IMG/VR virus record: IMGVR_UViG_3300035310_000011
Coordinates: 1 to 49,575 of that record
Direction: 5' to 3' (one strand)
Source of the DNA: a virus
Length of the DNA: 49,575 nt
A program made the position numbers and the translations under genes. This document shows, piece by piece, positions 1 through 5,925 of the stretch (position 1 is the first letter of the stretch; each line of letters opens with the position of its first letter). The notes under the pieces were generated by a model. That model did not search any database, was not told the DNA's origin, and saw nothing but the letters and a program-made list of their open reading frames with translations.

Positions 1-99
1 AGTATAACTATAATAAATGCCTTAAAACTTCCTTCTTCCATAGTGTTTTTATTACTTAATTACTGCTTTACAAACAATACAAAACAAGCCCTACCGCCT
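1..99. repeat. Terminal direct repeat copy 1 (identical to 49477..49575); indicates circular closure or terminal redundancy of the contig
   Basis: Bases 1-99 (agtataactataataaatgcc...caagccctaccgcct) recur exactly as the last 99 bases of the window. Confidence 0.95.
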
Positions 100-155
100 T
101 GCCGCGCCGGAACTTGCCGTATTGAACTGTTAAAGCGCGAATTTATTTTTGCCAG

Positions 156-174
156 CATACTTTGATAGATGTAT
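156..174. repeat. 19-bp direct repeat catactttgatagatgtat, copy 1 (copy 2 at 1047..1065)
   Basis: Exact 19-mer seen twice, flanking the AT-rich HNH gene. Each copy lies about 80-115 nt upstream of a leftward start codon. Confidence 0.8.
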
Positions 175-469
175 CCCGACAAACGGGTCTCGCCACCCGT
201 AGGAAGTAATCAGCGTCAAACTCCCCAAGCGCGCCTGTCTATTTCCCTGCTGTCAGCGCTTGATTTTATATTGCGTCCATCGCATAAACGCAGTTATTCT
301 CAACAGCCAACGAGTCCGCCGTATCAGGAACGGACAGAGTGTTTTGAGATAACCTTGCGTATTACACCAGCATTTTGTTGTATTTGGCGTGGTAGGTTAA
401 ACCGGCGCACCAACAAAACCATTCTTGCAATATCGTTTTTTATTATCTCATCTCTGATCCTGTAAAGGG

Positions 470-970
470 TCAGGGTGAAATAATAAACTTTCCATCTTTT
501 CCTCTTTTAGTTTTCCAATTTTTATTTTCCGAATGATGTCGCTTTATATGTTCCGATTGTGATAGAACAATAAGATTTTCTATCCTATTATCTAATTTAT
601 TTCCATTTATATGATGCACCACTTCTCTTTTTAATAACTCTCTTTTTAAATGCTTTTCCATAACTATTCTATGTTCAGGCACATATCTTTTTACACTATT
701 TGCAATAGAATGGTGGTGAGGCATCCATAAATATACATAGCCACTGGTATCAATGCGTTTTCCACCCTTCCAGCGCGGATGTTTTATTCCTTTGTGTTCG
801 GTGGCCCAAAGTTTGATCAAATAAGATTTTTTTCCCATTTCTTGTCCAATCTTCCGTAATCTCACAATATATTTAGGGCTTAAAAACCAACAATGCTTGC
901 AGTATCCTGTGCTTTTTTTTCTTTTAATTATTTTCTTTTGGCACTTTTTGCATAAAGTATCTGACATCAT
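470..970 (-). CDS. HNH homing endonuclease (free-standing)
   Basis: 166-aa ORF. C-terminal HNH signature VVHHINGNKLDNRIENLIVLSQSEHIKRHH and an N-terminal CxxC...CxxC. Visibly AT-rich compared with the GC-richer neighbours. Confidence 0.85.
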   Translation of the reverse strand: MMSDTLCKKCQKKIIKRKKSTGYCKHCWFLSPKYIVRLRKIGQEMGKKSYLIKLWATEHKGIKHPRWKGGKRIDTSGYVYLWMPHHHSIANSVKRYVPEHRIVMEKHLKRELLKREVVHHINGNKLDNRIENLIVLSQSEHIKRHHSENKNWKTKRGKDGKFIISP

Positions 971-1046
971 ATCTTTATACTATAACTGGAGAGTACAACT
1001 CGTCAATACTATCGGAATATGAACATTCGCGCCTCGTCTATACGCT

Positions 1047-1065
1047 CATACTTTGATAGATGTAT
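1047..1065. repeat. 19-bp direct repeat catactttgatagatgtat, copy 2
   Basis: Exact match to 156..174. Confidence 0.8.
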
Positions 1066-1091
1066 AAGCGCATAAGACCAAGCGCGCATCC

Positions 1092-1400
1092 TTAAACTGC
1101 CACAAATGCCCGCGCAATCTCCTGATTTATCCCGCTTGCCCTGTCGTCCGCGCCTTCGGTTATGTACCCTTCCGCCTCAAAGCCCAGTAAGGCATCTATA
1201 AGCCGCGCTATCCTATCGCTATCCGCGCCGCTTACTACTGTCGCGACCTTATCGCCTATCATCAGCGCATACATCTCGCCATACGCCCCGTGAGTGCGTA
1301 CCAGTATATCCGGCGCGCCTTCCTTTATTAGTTTTGTTATCACTCTCATAGCGTTATATGTTGTCTTATTACAGCGGTCCGACCACGCCGCCACTCGCAT
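1092..1400 (-). CDS. Hypothetical protein (102 aa)
   Basis: ORF abuts the upstream DnaN-like gene with no gap (that gene ends at 1401, this one starts at 1400). No motif recognised. Confidence 0.6.
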   Translation of the reverse strand: MRVAAWSDRCNKTTYNAMRVITKLIKEGAPDILVRTHGAYGEMYALMIGDKVATVVSGADSDRIARLIDALLGFEAEGYITEGADDRASGINQEIARAFVAV

Positions 1401-1988
1401 CTATATCTTTATTTGCATAATCATACCCCGTCCCGATTGATCGCCATTGCTTGCCTCCAAAACTATCGGCTTATCGCTACCATAAAACTTCATCTTCACG
1501 CCATTTGTACCCCCCAGCTTGCCCAGTATATCCAGCAAACCCGACAAGTAAGCGGCATTGACCGCCACCTCAACTACCGGCGCGTCCTTTGGGAATATCT
1601 GCTCATAGTCAGGAAACTGCCCCTCTATCCGCCTCAACTGTATCAACTGTGTGCTTTCCAAGTCAGTAGTCAAAAACTCCACCTTGTCTTTGTCTATATG
1701 CTTGACGGCAAAATTATTGACTATCGGCAACGATTTATTTTTGGGCAGTTTTATTTTTCCCAATCCCGTTGCCTCAACTATAAACGGATCGCATCCCCTC
1801 ATAGCAGACCCTTGCGGCGTTATGGGATAATCTTCCGCCTTCACCTTCGGCACGCTTATCTCAATCAACCTGAAACTATCCGTTGCGACAGTTTTTGTTT
1901 TCGTAAAGAATACCCCCGCAATCTCCGGCTTTGTGTCTAGTTTGCTGGCAATCTTTGCGACTTCAAGATTTAGTGAATTGTATAACAT
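1401..1988 (-). CDS. Short DNA polymerase III beta-clamp (DnaN)-like protein, 195 aa
   Basis: Three DnaN-like motifs in the usual order: ATDSFRL (cf. ATDGHRL), IEGQFPDYEQIFPK (cf. GRFPDYRRVLPK), and a C-terminus VAVNAAYLSGLLDIL...KPIVLEA...GMIMQIKI (cf. IGFNVSYVLDVLNAL...YVVMPMRL). About half the length of a bacterial DnaN. Confidence 0.65.
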   Translation of the reverse strand: MLYNSLNLEVAKIASKLDTKPEIAGVFFTKTKTVATDSFRLIEISVPKVKAEDYPITPQGSAMRGCDPFIVEATGLGKIKLPKNKSLPIVNNFAVKHIDKDKVEFLTTDLESTQLIQLRRIEGQFPDYEQIFPKDAPVVEVAVNAAYLSGLLDILGKLGGTNGVKMKFYGSDKPIVLEASNGDQSGRGMIMQIKI

Positions 1989-2046
1989 AGCTTTTTTTAT
2001 TATTTTTAATTATCGGAACTGCCCGACCCTACAGCTCCTCATTACT

Positions 2047-2090
2047 GCCGGCTTGCGCTCTTGCGACAAACCGGCAATATCAAGAGCCGA
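2047..2090 (-). promoter_or_regulatory. Early-region repeated motif, site 4: TCGGCTCTTGATATT followed by a GCCGG...CCGGC hairpin (read on the minus strand)
   Basis: Plus strand reads gccggcttgcgctcttgcgacaaaccggcaatatcaagagccga. Shares the caagagccga box and CCGG-stem hairpin with sites at 2497, 2665 and 3100. Confidence 0.55.
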
Positions 2091-2093
2091 CTA

Positions 2094-2426
2094 CTACGCT
2101 GTCGCTTCTTTTTCCACGCATGGCTTGCATGAGCTATGCTCCGCAATCGTTGCAAGGTCATCATCTTCACTGACAAAACCCTCCGAGCCGCAATTTCTGC
2201 ACGATACAAACATTTCCAGCTTGTCGCTTCCATTGAACATGGCAACATTCAAGTCATCATCAACAAAAAATACATTTCCACTATTCGTATTGAACTCAAC
2301 CGCCACACCGTCCGATAAGTTATTTTCACCCTCCCACCTGTCCGCGTCTTGGTATGCGTTCAATAGCTCGCCTGCCATTTGACGCTCGCGGTTTCCAAAC
2401 TGGCTTAAATCTCTTGTGTTTACCAT
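2094..2426 (-). CDS. Hypothetical acidic protein with C-terminal CxxC...CxxC (110 aa)
   Basis: ORF preceded (minus strand) by the hairpin CCGGCGATAGTCGTAAGCCGG and an A-rich leader, as for the two neighbouring genes. Confidence 0.65.
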   Translation of the reverse strand: MVNTRDLSQFGNRERQMAGELLNAYQDADRWEGENNLSDGVAVEFNTNSGNVFFVDDDLNVAMFNGSDKLEMFVSCRNCGSEGFVSEDDDLATIAEHSSCKPCVEKEATA

Positions 2427-2449
2427 AGTATTTTTTTATTTTTAATAGT

Positions 2450-2470
2450 CCGGCTTACGACTATCGCCGG
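2450..2470 (-). promoter_or_regulatory. Conserved 5-prime hairpin ccggcttacgactatcgccgg, immediately upstream of the 2426 start
   Basis: Near-identical copies at 3100..3122 and 3451..3473. Each is followed (minus strand) by an A-rich leader of about 25 nt and an ATG. Confidence 0.6.
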
Positions 2471-2496
2471 CAAACGCTCCGCGCCTGATTAGCGCG

Positions 2497-2529
2497 CCGG
2501 TATTGCTACCGGCAAGCTATCAAGAGCCA
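2497..2529 (-). promoter_or_regulatory. Early-region repeated motif, site 3 (TGGCTCTTGATAGCTT + CCGGTAGCAATACCGG hairpin on the minus strand)
   Basis: Plus strand reads ccggtattgctaccggcaagctatcaagagcca. Confidence 0.5.
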
Positions 2530-2664
2530 AGCCCCTGATCTCGTTTCATCGCCGCTCAACGCCTCTTTTTACAACTGCCGAGCGCGTCCAACGAGTAAAT
2601 CGCTTCCGCTTCCGTTGTAAGGTATTCGCGTTAGCCCTGCCGGGCCTCCGCTCCTCATCTATGG

Positions 2665-2696
2665 GCCGGATTACTCCGGCGCATAGTCAAGAGCCG
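2665..2696 (-). promoter_or_regulatory. Early-region repeated motif, site 2 (TCGGCTCTTGACTATGC + GCCGGAGTAATCCGGC hairpin on the minus strand)
   Basis: Plus strand reads gccggattactccggcgcatagtcaagagccga, directly after the stop of the 2699 gene. Confidence 0.55.
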
Positions 2697-2698
2697 AT

Positions 2699-3079
2699 CT
2701 ATACTTTTTGTAGCTCATCCCATATCTCCTCAATCACGCCATCAAGCAATATCGCTTGGCCTGTACAAGTCCGGCCCCAGTAGTCCCCATAGTCCGTGCG
2801 TAGTATCGGTTCGCCTTTCTTTGCTAGACGCCCAAGCAACCAATCGGACACGCGCCACCACTCATAAATCTCGTTTATATTCTCACCGCTATCCTCAAAC
2901 TCTTGTGCGCTATTATATCCGTGATCTGCGTACTCTTTCGGGTCAATGTAGTAGTTTTCAATATCTTCATATTGAAACTTACCGTCTTCCAGCAATTCTT
3001 CCACGAGCATTGACTCGTTATGATATACTTCACGGCCTACAAAGTCCCTCAATTTGATTTGTTTTTCTGCTGTTTCCAT
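2699..3079 (-). CDS. Hypothetical acidic protein (126 aa from METAEKQ...)
   Basis: The track ORF runs to 3133, but the ATG at 3079 sits behind the conserved hairpin and A-rich leader seen for the neighbouring genes. Acidic and Trp/Tyr-rich; no family recognised. Confidence 0.65.
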   Translation of the reverse strand: METAEKQIKLRDFVGREVYHNESMLVEELLEDGKFQYEDIENYYIDPKEYADHGYNSAQEFEDSGENINEIYEWWRVSDWLLGRLAKKGEPILRTDYGDYWGRTCTGQAILLDGVIEEIWDELQKV

Positions 3080-3099
3080 ATTCTTATTTTTTAAATTGT

Positions 3100-3140
3100 C
3101 CGGCCTTACGACTATCAGCCGGCACATAGTCAAGAGCCGA
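3100..3140 (-). promoter_or_regulatory. Early-region repeated motif, site 1: TCGGCTCTTGACTATGT + hairpin GCCGGCTGATAGTCGTAAGGCCGG (minus strand); candidate promoter (TTGACT-N17-CGTAAG)
   Basis: Plus strand reads ccggccttacgactatcagccggcacatagtcaagagccga. It lies about 50 nt upstream of the ATG at 3079. Confidence 0.55.
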
Positions 3141-3141
3141 T

Positions 3142-3429
3142 TTATTTCAATACTGACCAGCTTATATCAAGATGCACCGTATCGGGATTATTGAACGCGC
3201 GGCTAAAGTATTGGATCGGCACGCCGTTTATATCGCGTTGTGCATTTGGTCCGTAAAACTCAAAGTCCTTCATTCCGTCAATCGTCATTGTTACATATCC
3301 GCGCATTGACCCTTGATGTTTGCGGGCCGATATAACTTTTTTACCTGTGCGCGCTTCAAACACTTTTACCGCTTGTGCGACTTCCGGACTCCGTGCGTTC
3401 CGATAGCCGTTTATTGTTTTGAATGCCAT
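3142..3429 (-). CDS. Hypothetical protein (95 aa)
   Basis: ORF with the conserved hairpin and A-rich leader upstream (3451..3473). Confidence 0.65.
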   Translation of the reverse strand: MAFKTINGYRNARSPEVAQAVKVFEARTGKKVISARKHQGSMRGYVTMTIDGMKDFEFYGPNAQRDINGVPIQYFSRAFNNPDTVHLDISWSVLK

Positions 3430-3450
3430 AACTTTATTTTTTTATTTATT

Positions 3451-3485
3451 CCGGCCTTACGACTATTAGCCGGCAAGGGTCAATC
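3451..3485 (-). promoter_or_regulatory. Variant of the early motif: ATTGACCCTT + hairpin GCCGGCTAATAGTCGTAAGGCCGG (minus strand)
   Basis: Plus strand reads ccggccttacgactattagccggcaagggtcaatctccc. Confidence 0.5.
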
Positions 3486-3520
3486 TCCCTATTACCCTAT
3501 GATACTCCCACAGCGAAATG

Positions 3521-3536
3521 TTGTCAAGTTCACAAA
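3521..3536. promoter_or_regulatory. Imperfect operator-like palindrome TTGTCAAGTTCACAAA
   Basis: Related to the perfect TTGTCAA-N2-TTGACAA sites at 3675 and 3817. Confidence 0.45.
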
Positions 3537-3674
3537 CGCCCCTATCCTGTAAGTGTGCAATATACACAAAGGTTTTTCTATCCGATAATGTTAAATATAC
3601 ACAAACGCCCAGAGTATATCAAGATTATTATAACCTATAACGCGCCGGTAATGATATACACTATCGCTCACACC

Positions 3675-3690
3675 TTGTCAAGATTGACAA
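3675..3690. promoter_or_regulatory. Operator-like palindrome TTGTCAA-GA-TTGACAA
   Basis: Perfect 7-bp inverted half-sites read directly. Confidence 0.6.
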
Positions 3691-3816
3691 TAGGTTGTTT
3701 TTGACCAACGGACCAGCTCTCTGCTTTTCCCCTCCGTATGCCCTATTTACAGCGTAGGATTTTTACATAGTATTGTCAAGTCCACTAATTGGGGATAACT
3801 TTTTAAGACACTCCCA

Positions 3817-3832
3817 TTGTCAATATTGACAA
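3817..3832. promoter_or_regulatory. Operator-like perfect 16-bp palindrome TTGTCAATATTGACAA
   Basis: Read directly. An extra half-site TTGTCAA lies at 3773..3779. Confidence 0.6.
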
Positions 3833-3840
3833 GATAATAA

Positions 3841-3960
3841 AACGATGTCCCAGCCCCAGCCGTCCGGAACCCCAAACCCCGAACCCAGCCCTAGCCCGAT
3901 CCCCAGCTCCCGCCCCGAACACCGGCCCGGCCCCGCGCGCGAGCGAGCGAGCGCGCATAT
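3841..3960. repeat. C-rich (minus strand G-rich) low-complexity tract with many CCC/CCCC runs, ending in gcgcgcgagcgagcgagcgcgc
   Basis: cccagccccagcc...ccccaaaccccgaacccagccctagcccgatccccagctcccgccccgaac... Composition contrasts sharply with the flanking AT-rich DNA. Confidence 0.8.
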
Positions 3961-3970
3961 AATAACGCTT

Positions 3971-4033
3971 CCTTAATTGTCGTCTTCGTAGTAGTAGTAT
4001 TCTTTAATTGTCGTTTTCGTAGTAGTAGTAGTA
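3971..4033. repeat. Tandem direct repeat of about 29 bp (cttaattgtcgtcttcgtagtagtagta / ctttaattgtcgttttcgtagtagtagta)
   Basis: Two adjacent near-identical copies read directly. Confidence 0.8.
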
Positions 4034-4130
4034 CTTGAAATAATATCCTAACTATGTTATGGGATTGCGTGTATTATAGTTTTCCAATGTTAAAATCGGA
4101 AAACGATGTGACGGGTTAAGAACTAATATA

Positions 4131-4212
4131 AAAAGGGACCCCCGACTATGCGCACACGCTCCCCATTTTTCCAAAACGGGGGCCCCAAAGCCAAAAGGGA
4201 CCCCCGACTACG
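4131..4212. repeat. Direct repeat aaaagggacccccgactaYg, two copies (4131..4150 and 4193..4212)
   Basis: 19 of 20 identical, 62 bp apart, just 3-prime of the RHH gene. Confidence 0.8.
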
Positions 4213-4225
4213 TACAAAAGGGTGG

Positions 4226-4627
4226 TCATGCCTCACTGTCCTCAAAATTCAAATCATCGCCCTCCTTCCAATCCTTAGGAACATAATTCCAAATGTCGTC
4301 CAAAGGGACGCTCATCATCAAATGTTTAAACCTCCCCTTAGGAATATCCTCGCACTTACCGGTTTCATAGTTAATTTTTCCTCCCAACTTCGCGCAAGTT
4401 TGTTCAACGCTAAGACCATCAAAACCAAGCCTCACAGAAGAAAGTTTAAGGTTTTTATAAGGAGGATGAAGCTTCCTGTATTCCCTACGAATCAACTCCC
4501 TTACTGCTTCCGATAAACTAATCCCGCCACCATCGACGCAAACCTGATCAAGCATACCCCTTTCCTTGATCGTCAAACGAACAATAATCTGTGATTCCCG
4601 GCTAGTAATTCCATTTTTGCTTACCAT
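4226..4627 (-). CDS. Ribbon-helix-helix (CopG/MetJ-like) DNA-binding protein with an uncharacterised C-terminal domain
   Basis: N-terminus IIVRLTIKERGMLDQ...GISLSEAVRELIRREY fits the beta-strand/helix/helix RHH pattern. It lies next to the operator-like palindromes. Confidence 0.6.
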   Translation of the reverse strand: MVSKNGITSRESQIIVRLTIKERGMLDQVCVDGGGISLSEAVRELIRREYRKLHPPYKNLKLSSVRLGFDGLSVEQTCAKLGGKINYETGKCEDIPKGRFKHLMMSVPLDDIWNYVPKDWKEGDDLNFEDSEA

Positions 4628-4708
4628 AGAACTCTTACACCTGCTTAATTGTATATAGACCTTTACTACAACATAATAACAAACAAAACAGAAAAATACA
4701 AGGAAAAG

Positions 4709-4717
4709 TTATCCACA
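4709..4717 (+). promoter_or_regulatory. Perfect DnaA-box-like 9-mer TTATCCACA in extended context AAAAGTTATCCACA
   Basis: Read directly. The same extended motif is at 5331, 43872 and (reverse) 43938; a variant is at 35151. Confidence 0.55.
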
Positions 4718-4763
4718 ACAACATTTCCACTTTTATCAACCTCTAATATAAGCCAAAAAACGG

Positions 4764-4900
4764 CTTGCTTACTACAAACCTGCCTAGGCAGGAGATACAA
4801 AAACCTTTTTTTCATAAAAAGCACGTAATCGAATAAGCCTAAAATTTTTTTTAAAAGTATATATAGATACCCCCCCCTAGGCAGGTTTGTAGTAAGCAAG
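4764..4900. repeat. 25-bp perfect inverted repeat (4764..4788 cttgcttactacaaacctgcctagg / 4876..4900 cctaggcaggtttgtagtaagcaag) flanking an 87-bp AT-rich spacer; the left arm contains the 14-bp palindrome CCTGCCTAGGCAGG
   Basis: Arms are exact reverse complements. Located in the divergent intergenic region between the RHH and VRR-NUC genes. Confidence 0.85.
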
Positions 4901-5305
4901 GTGGAGGTGTTTATTTACAGGAAAAAGTATGGTACGCTAGAGATATCCCATAAGCGCGTCCGTTCATCCTCTTCGGCCACAATGTCCGCGGCAAATGATC
5001 TAACGCAAAAGATTTTAGGTTTTCTTTACATGTCCGGTGCCTACGCGTGGCGCGCGAACTCCGTAGGTGTTTTTGATAAACGGAAAGGAATCTATAGAAC
5101 CTCTCCAAAAAAAGGAGTGTCAGATATTCTAGCCTGCTGGCAGGGGCGCATGATAGTGGTTGAGGTTAAGATAGGCAAGGATAGGTTGTCGGACGAACAG
5201 GTAGGGTTTATAAAAAATATAGAACATGTAGGGGGACTGGCATTTGTGGCAAAAGACTATGATTCATTTGTGGAGTGGTGGACTTTAATAGCTACTTCAA
5301 GTTGA
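4901..5305 (+). CDS. VRR-NUC domain nuclease (PD-(D/E)XK fold)
   Basis: GVSDILACWQGRMIVVEVKIGKDRLSDEQ matches the VRR-NUC D...E-x-K...S-x-x-Q core. The 4901 start is GTG; an alternative ATG lies at 4979. Confidence 0.8.
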   Translation: MEVFIYRKKYGTLEISHKRVRSSSSATMSAANDLTQKILGFLYMSGAYAWRANSVGVFDKRKGIYRTSPKKGVSDILACWQGRMIVVEVKIGKDRLSDEQVGFIKNIEHVGGLAFVAKDYDSFVEWWTLIATSS

Positions 5306-5321
5306 TACTTGAAGTAGCTAT
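5288..5321 (+). other. Perfect 14-bp stem hairpin (atagctacttcaag-ttgata-cttgaagtagctat) spanning the VRR-NUC stop codon
   Basis: Read directly. No T-run follows, so it is not a classic terminator. Confidence 0.7.
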
Positions 5322-5330
5322 CTAAAAAAG

Positions 5331-5339
5331 TTATCCACA
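5331..5339 (+). promoter_or_regulatory. DnaA-box-like TTATCCACA (AAAAAGTTATCCACA) abutting the -35 of the 5341 promoter
   Basis: Read directly. Confidence 0.55.
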
Positions 5340-5340
5340 T

Positions 5341-5368
5341 TTGACTAATTTCTAGGATTTTGTATAAT
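5341..5368 (+). promoter_or_regulatory. Near-consensus sigma70-type promoter TTGACT-N16-TATAAT
   Basis: TTGACT at 5341-5346 and TATAAT at 5363-5368. Confidence 0.7.
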
Positions 5369-5374
5369 GAAAGC

Positions 5375-5540
5375 ACAGAATGAGAATGTGGAAAATTCTC
5401 ATTCCGCGAGATTGGGTTGATAGACAATCTCGCAACCCGGGAAGGTAAATGGAATGTATTTATTCATGAAAAAATACACTTCATTTCTTTTCCGGATTCC
5501 ACAAAAAACTCTACATCGTAAGAGCGTGTAGGGTTTTTTG
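5375..5540 (+). ncRNA. Candidate structured small RNA of about 165 nt (promoter-to-terminator unit without a convincing ORF)
   Basis: Two perfect hairpins (5378-5387/5395-5404, 10 bp; 5406-5413/5426-5433, 8 bp), a long imperfect helix (ccgggaaggtaaatggaa / ttcatttcttttccgg), then a terminator. The only ORF is 22 codons with no RBS. Confidence 0.5.
5503..5540 (+). terminator. Rho-independent terminator (aaaaaactctacatcg-taagag-cgtgtagggttttttg)
   Basis: GC-containing stem followed by T6, with an A-run on the 5-prime side (potentially bidirectional). Confidence 0.65.
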
Positions 5541-5670
5541 TTTATTAAAGTTTATAAACTTTATCAAAGTTTATAAATTGTAATAACATGTCTATTCACA
5601 AAAACCACAAACGAAAAGTCAAAAAGAAAAAGAAGAAATAACGTTAACATTCCGGCATCCGCCACATCCA

Positions 5671-5925
5671 ATGGAGCTGATTTTACAAATTGTAAAAGTT
5701 TTAAGGGGTCGGGGCGAGAAGAGAATTAAGTCGGTTTTTTGGAATCGGGATTCGGGAAGTCTGTCAGTATTCCTTAAAGGATATCCTGGAAAAAACTTAT
5801 CGTTTAATTATGTTCCGCCGGTTGAACTATCCGTTGAAGAAATAGTAGATATACTTATTGCTTCAGCAGAGGTCACGTTGGCGGATAATGAGCATGAAGG
5901 ACAAGATGATATCCATACCCCTTGA
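5671..5925 (+). CDS. Hypothetical protein (84 aa)
   Basis: ORF at the head of the packaging module. No motif recognised. Confidence 0.5.
   Translation: MELILQIVKVLRGRGEKRIKSVFWNRDSGSLSVFLKGYPGKNLSFNYVPPVELSVEEIVDILIASAEVTLADNEHEGQDDIHTP

Noticed and set aside
1-99. Terminal repeats as prophage att sites or transposon ends
   Set aside because: The repeat is direct, exact and sits precisely at both contig ends. There is no integrase or flanking host DNA. An assembly overlap of a circular or terminally redundant genome is the simpler explanation.
169-465. 98-aa plus-strand ORF in the track
   Set aside because: It lies in the upstream non-coding region of leftward units and starts inside the repeated 19-mer. 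It has no RBS. Its Pro/Arg/Ser-rich sequence looks like translated non-coding DNA. No motif recognised.
1413-2382. Plus-strand ORFs 1413..1940 (175 aa) and 1933..2382 (149 aa)
   Set aside because: They are antisense shadows of the DnaN-like gene and the 110-aa gene. Their Arg/Leu/Ser-rich composition is typical of reverse-frame translation. The minus-strand products carry recognisable motifs or regulatory context.
2047-3485. CRISPR array interpretation of the repeated hairpin motifs
   Set aside because: The repeats are irregularly spaced (about 170 to 600 bp) and separated by protein-coding genes. They differ in loop sequence. No cas genes are present.
3845-3982. 45-codon Pro-rich mini-ORF inside the C-rich tract
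   Set aside because: The reading frame is a by-product of the CCC/CCCC runs. It has no RBS, and the composition is better explained as a structural DNA element.
4148-4899. ORFs 4148..4516 (+) and 4666..4899 (-)
   Set aside because: The first is antisense to the RHH gene and begins inside the direct repeats. The second spans the AT-rich spacer and both arms of the 25-bp inverted repeat, so it is better explained as a non-coding regulatory or origin region.
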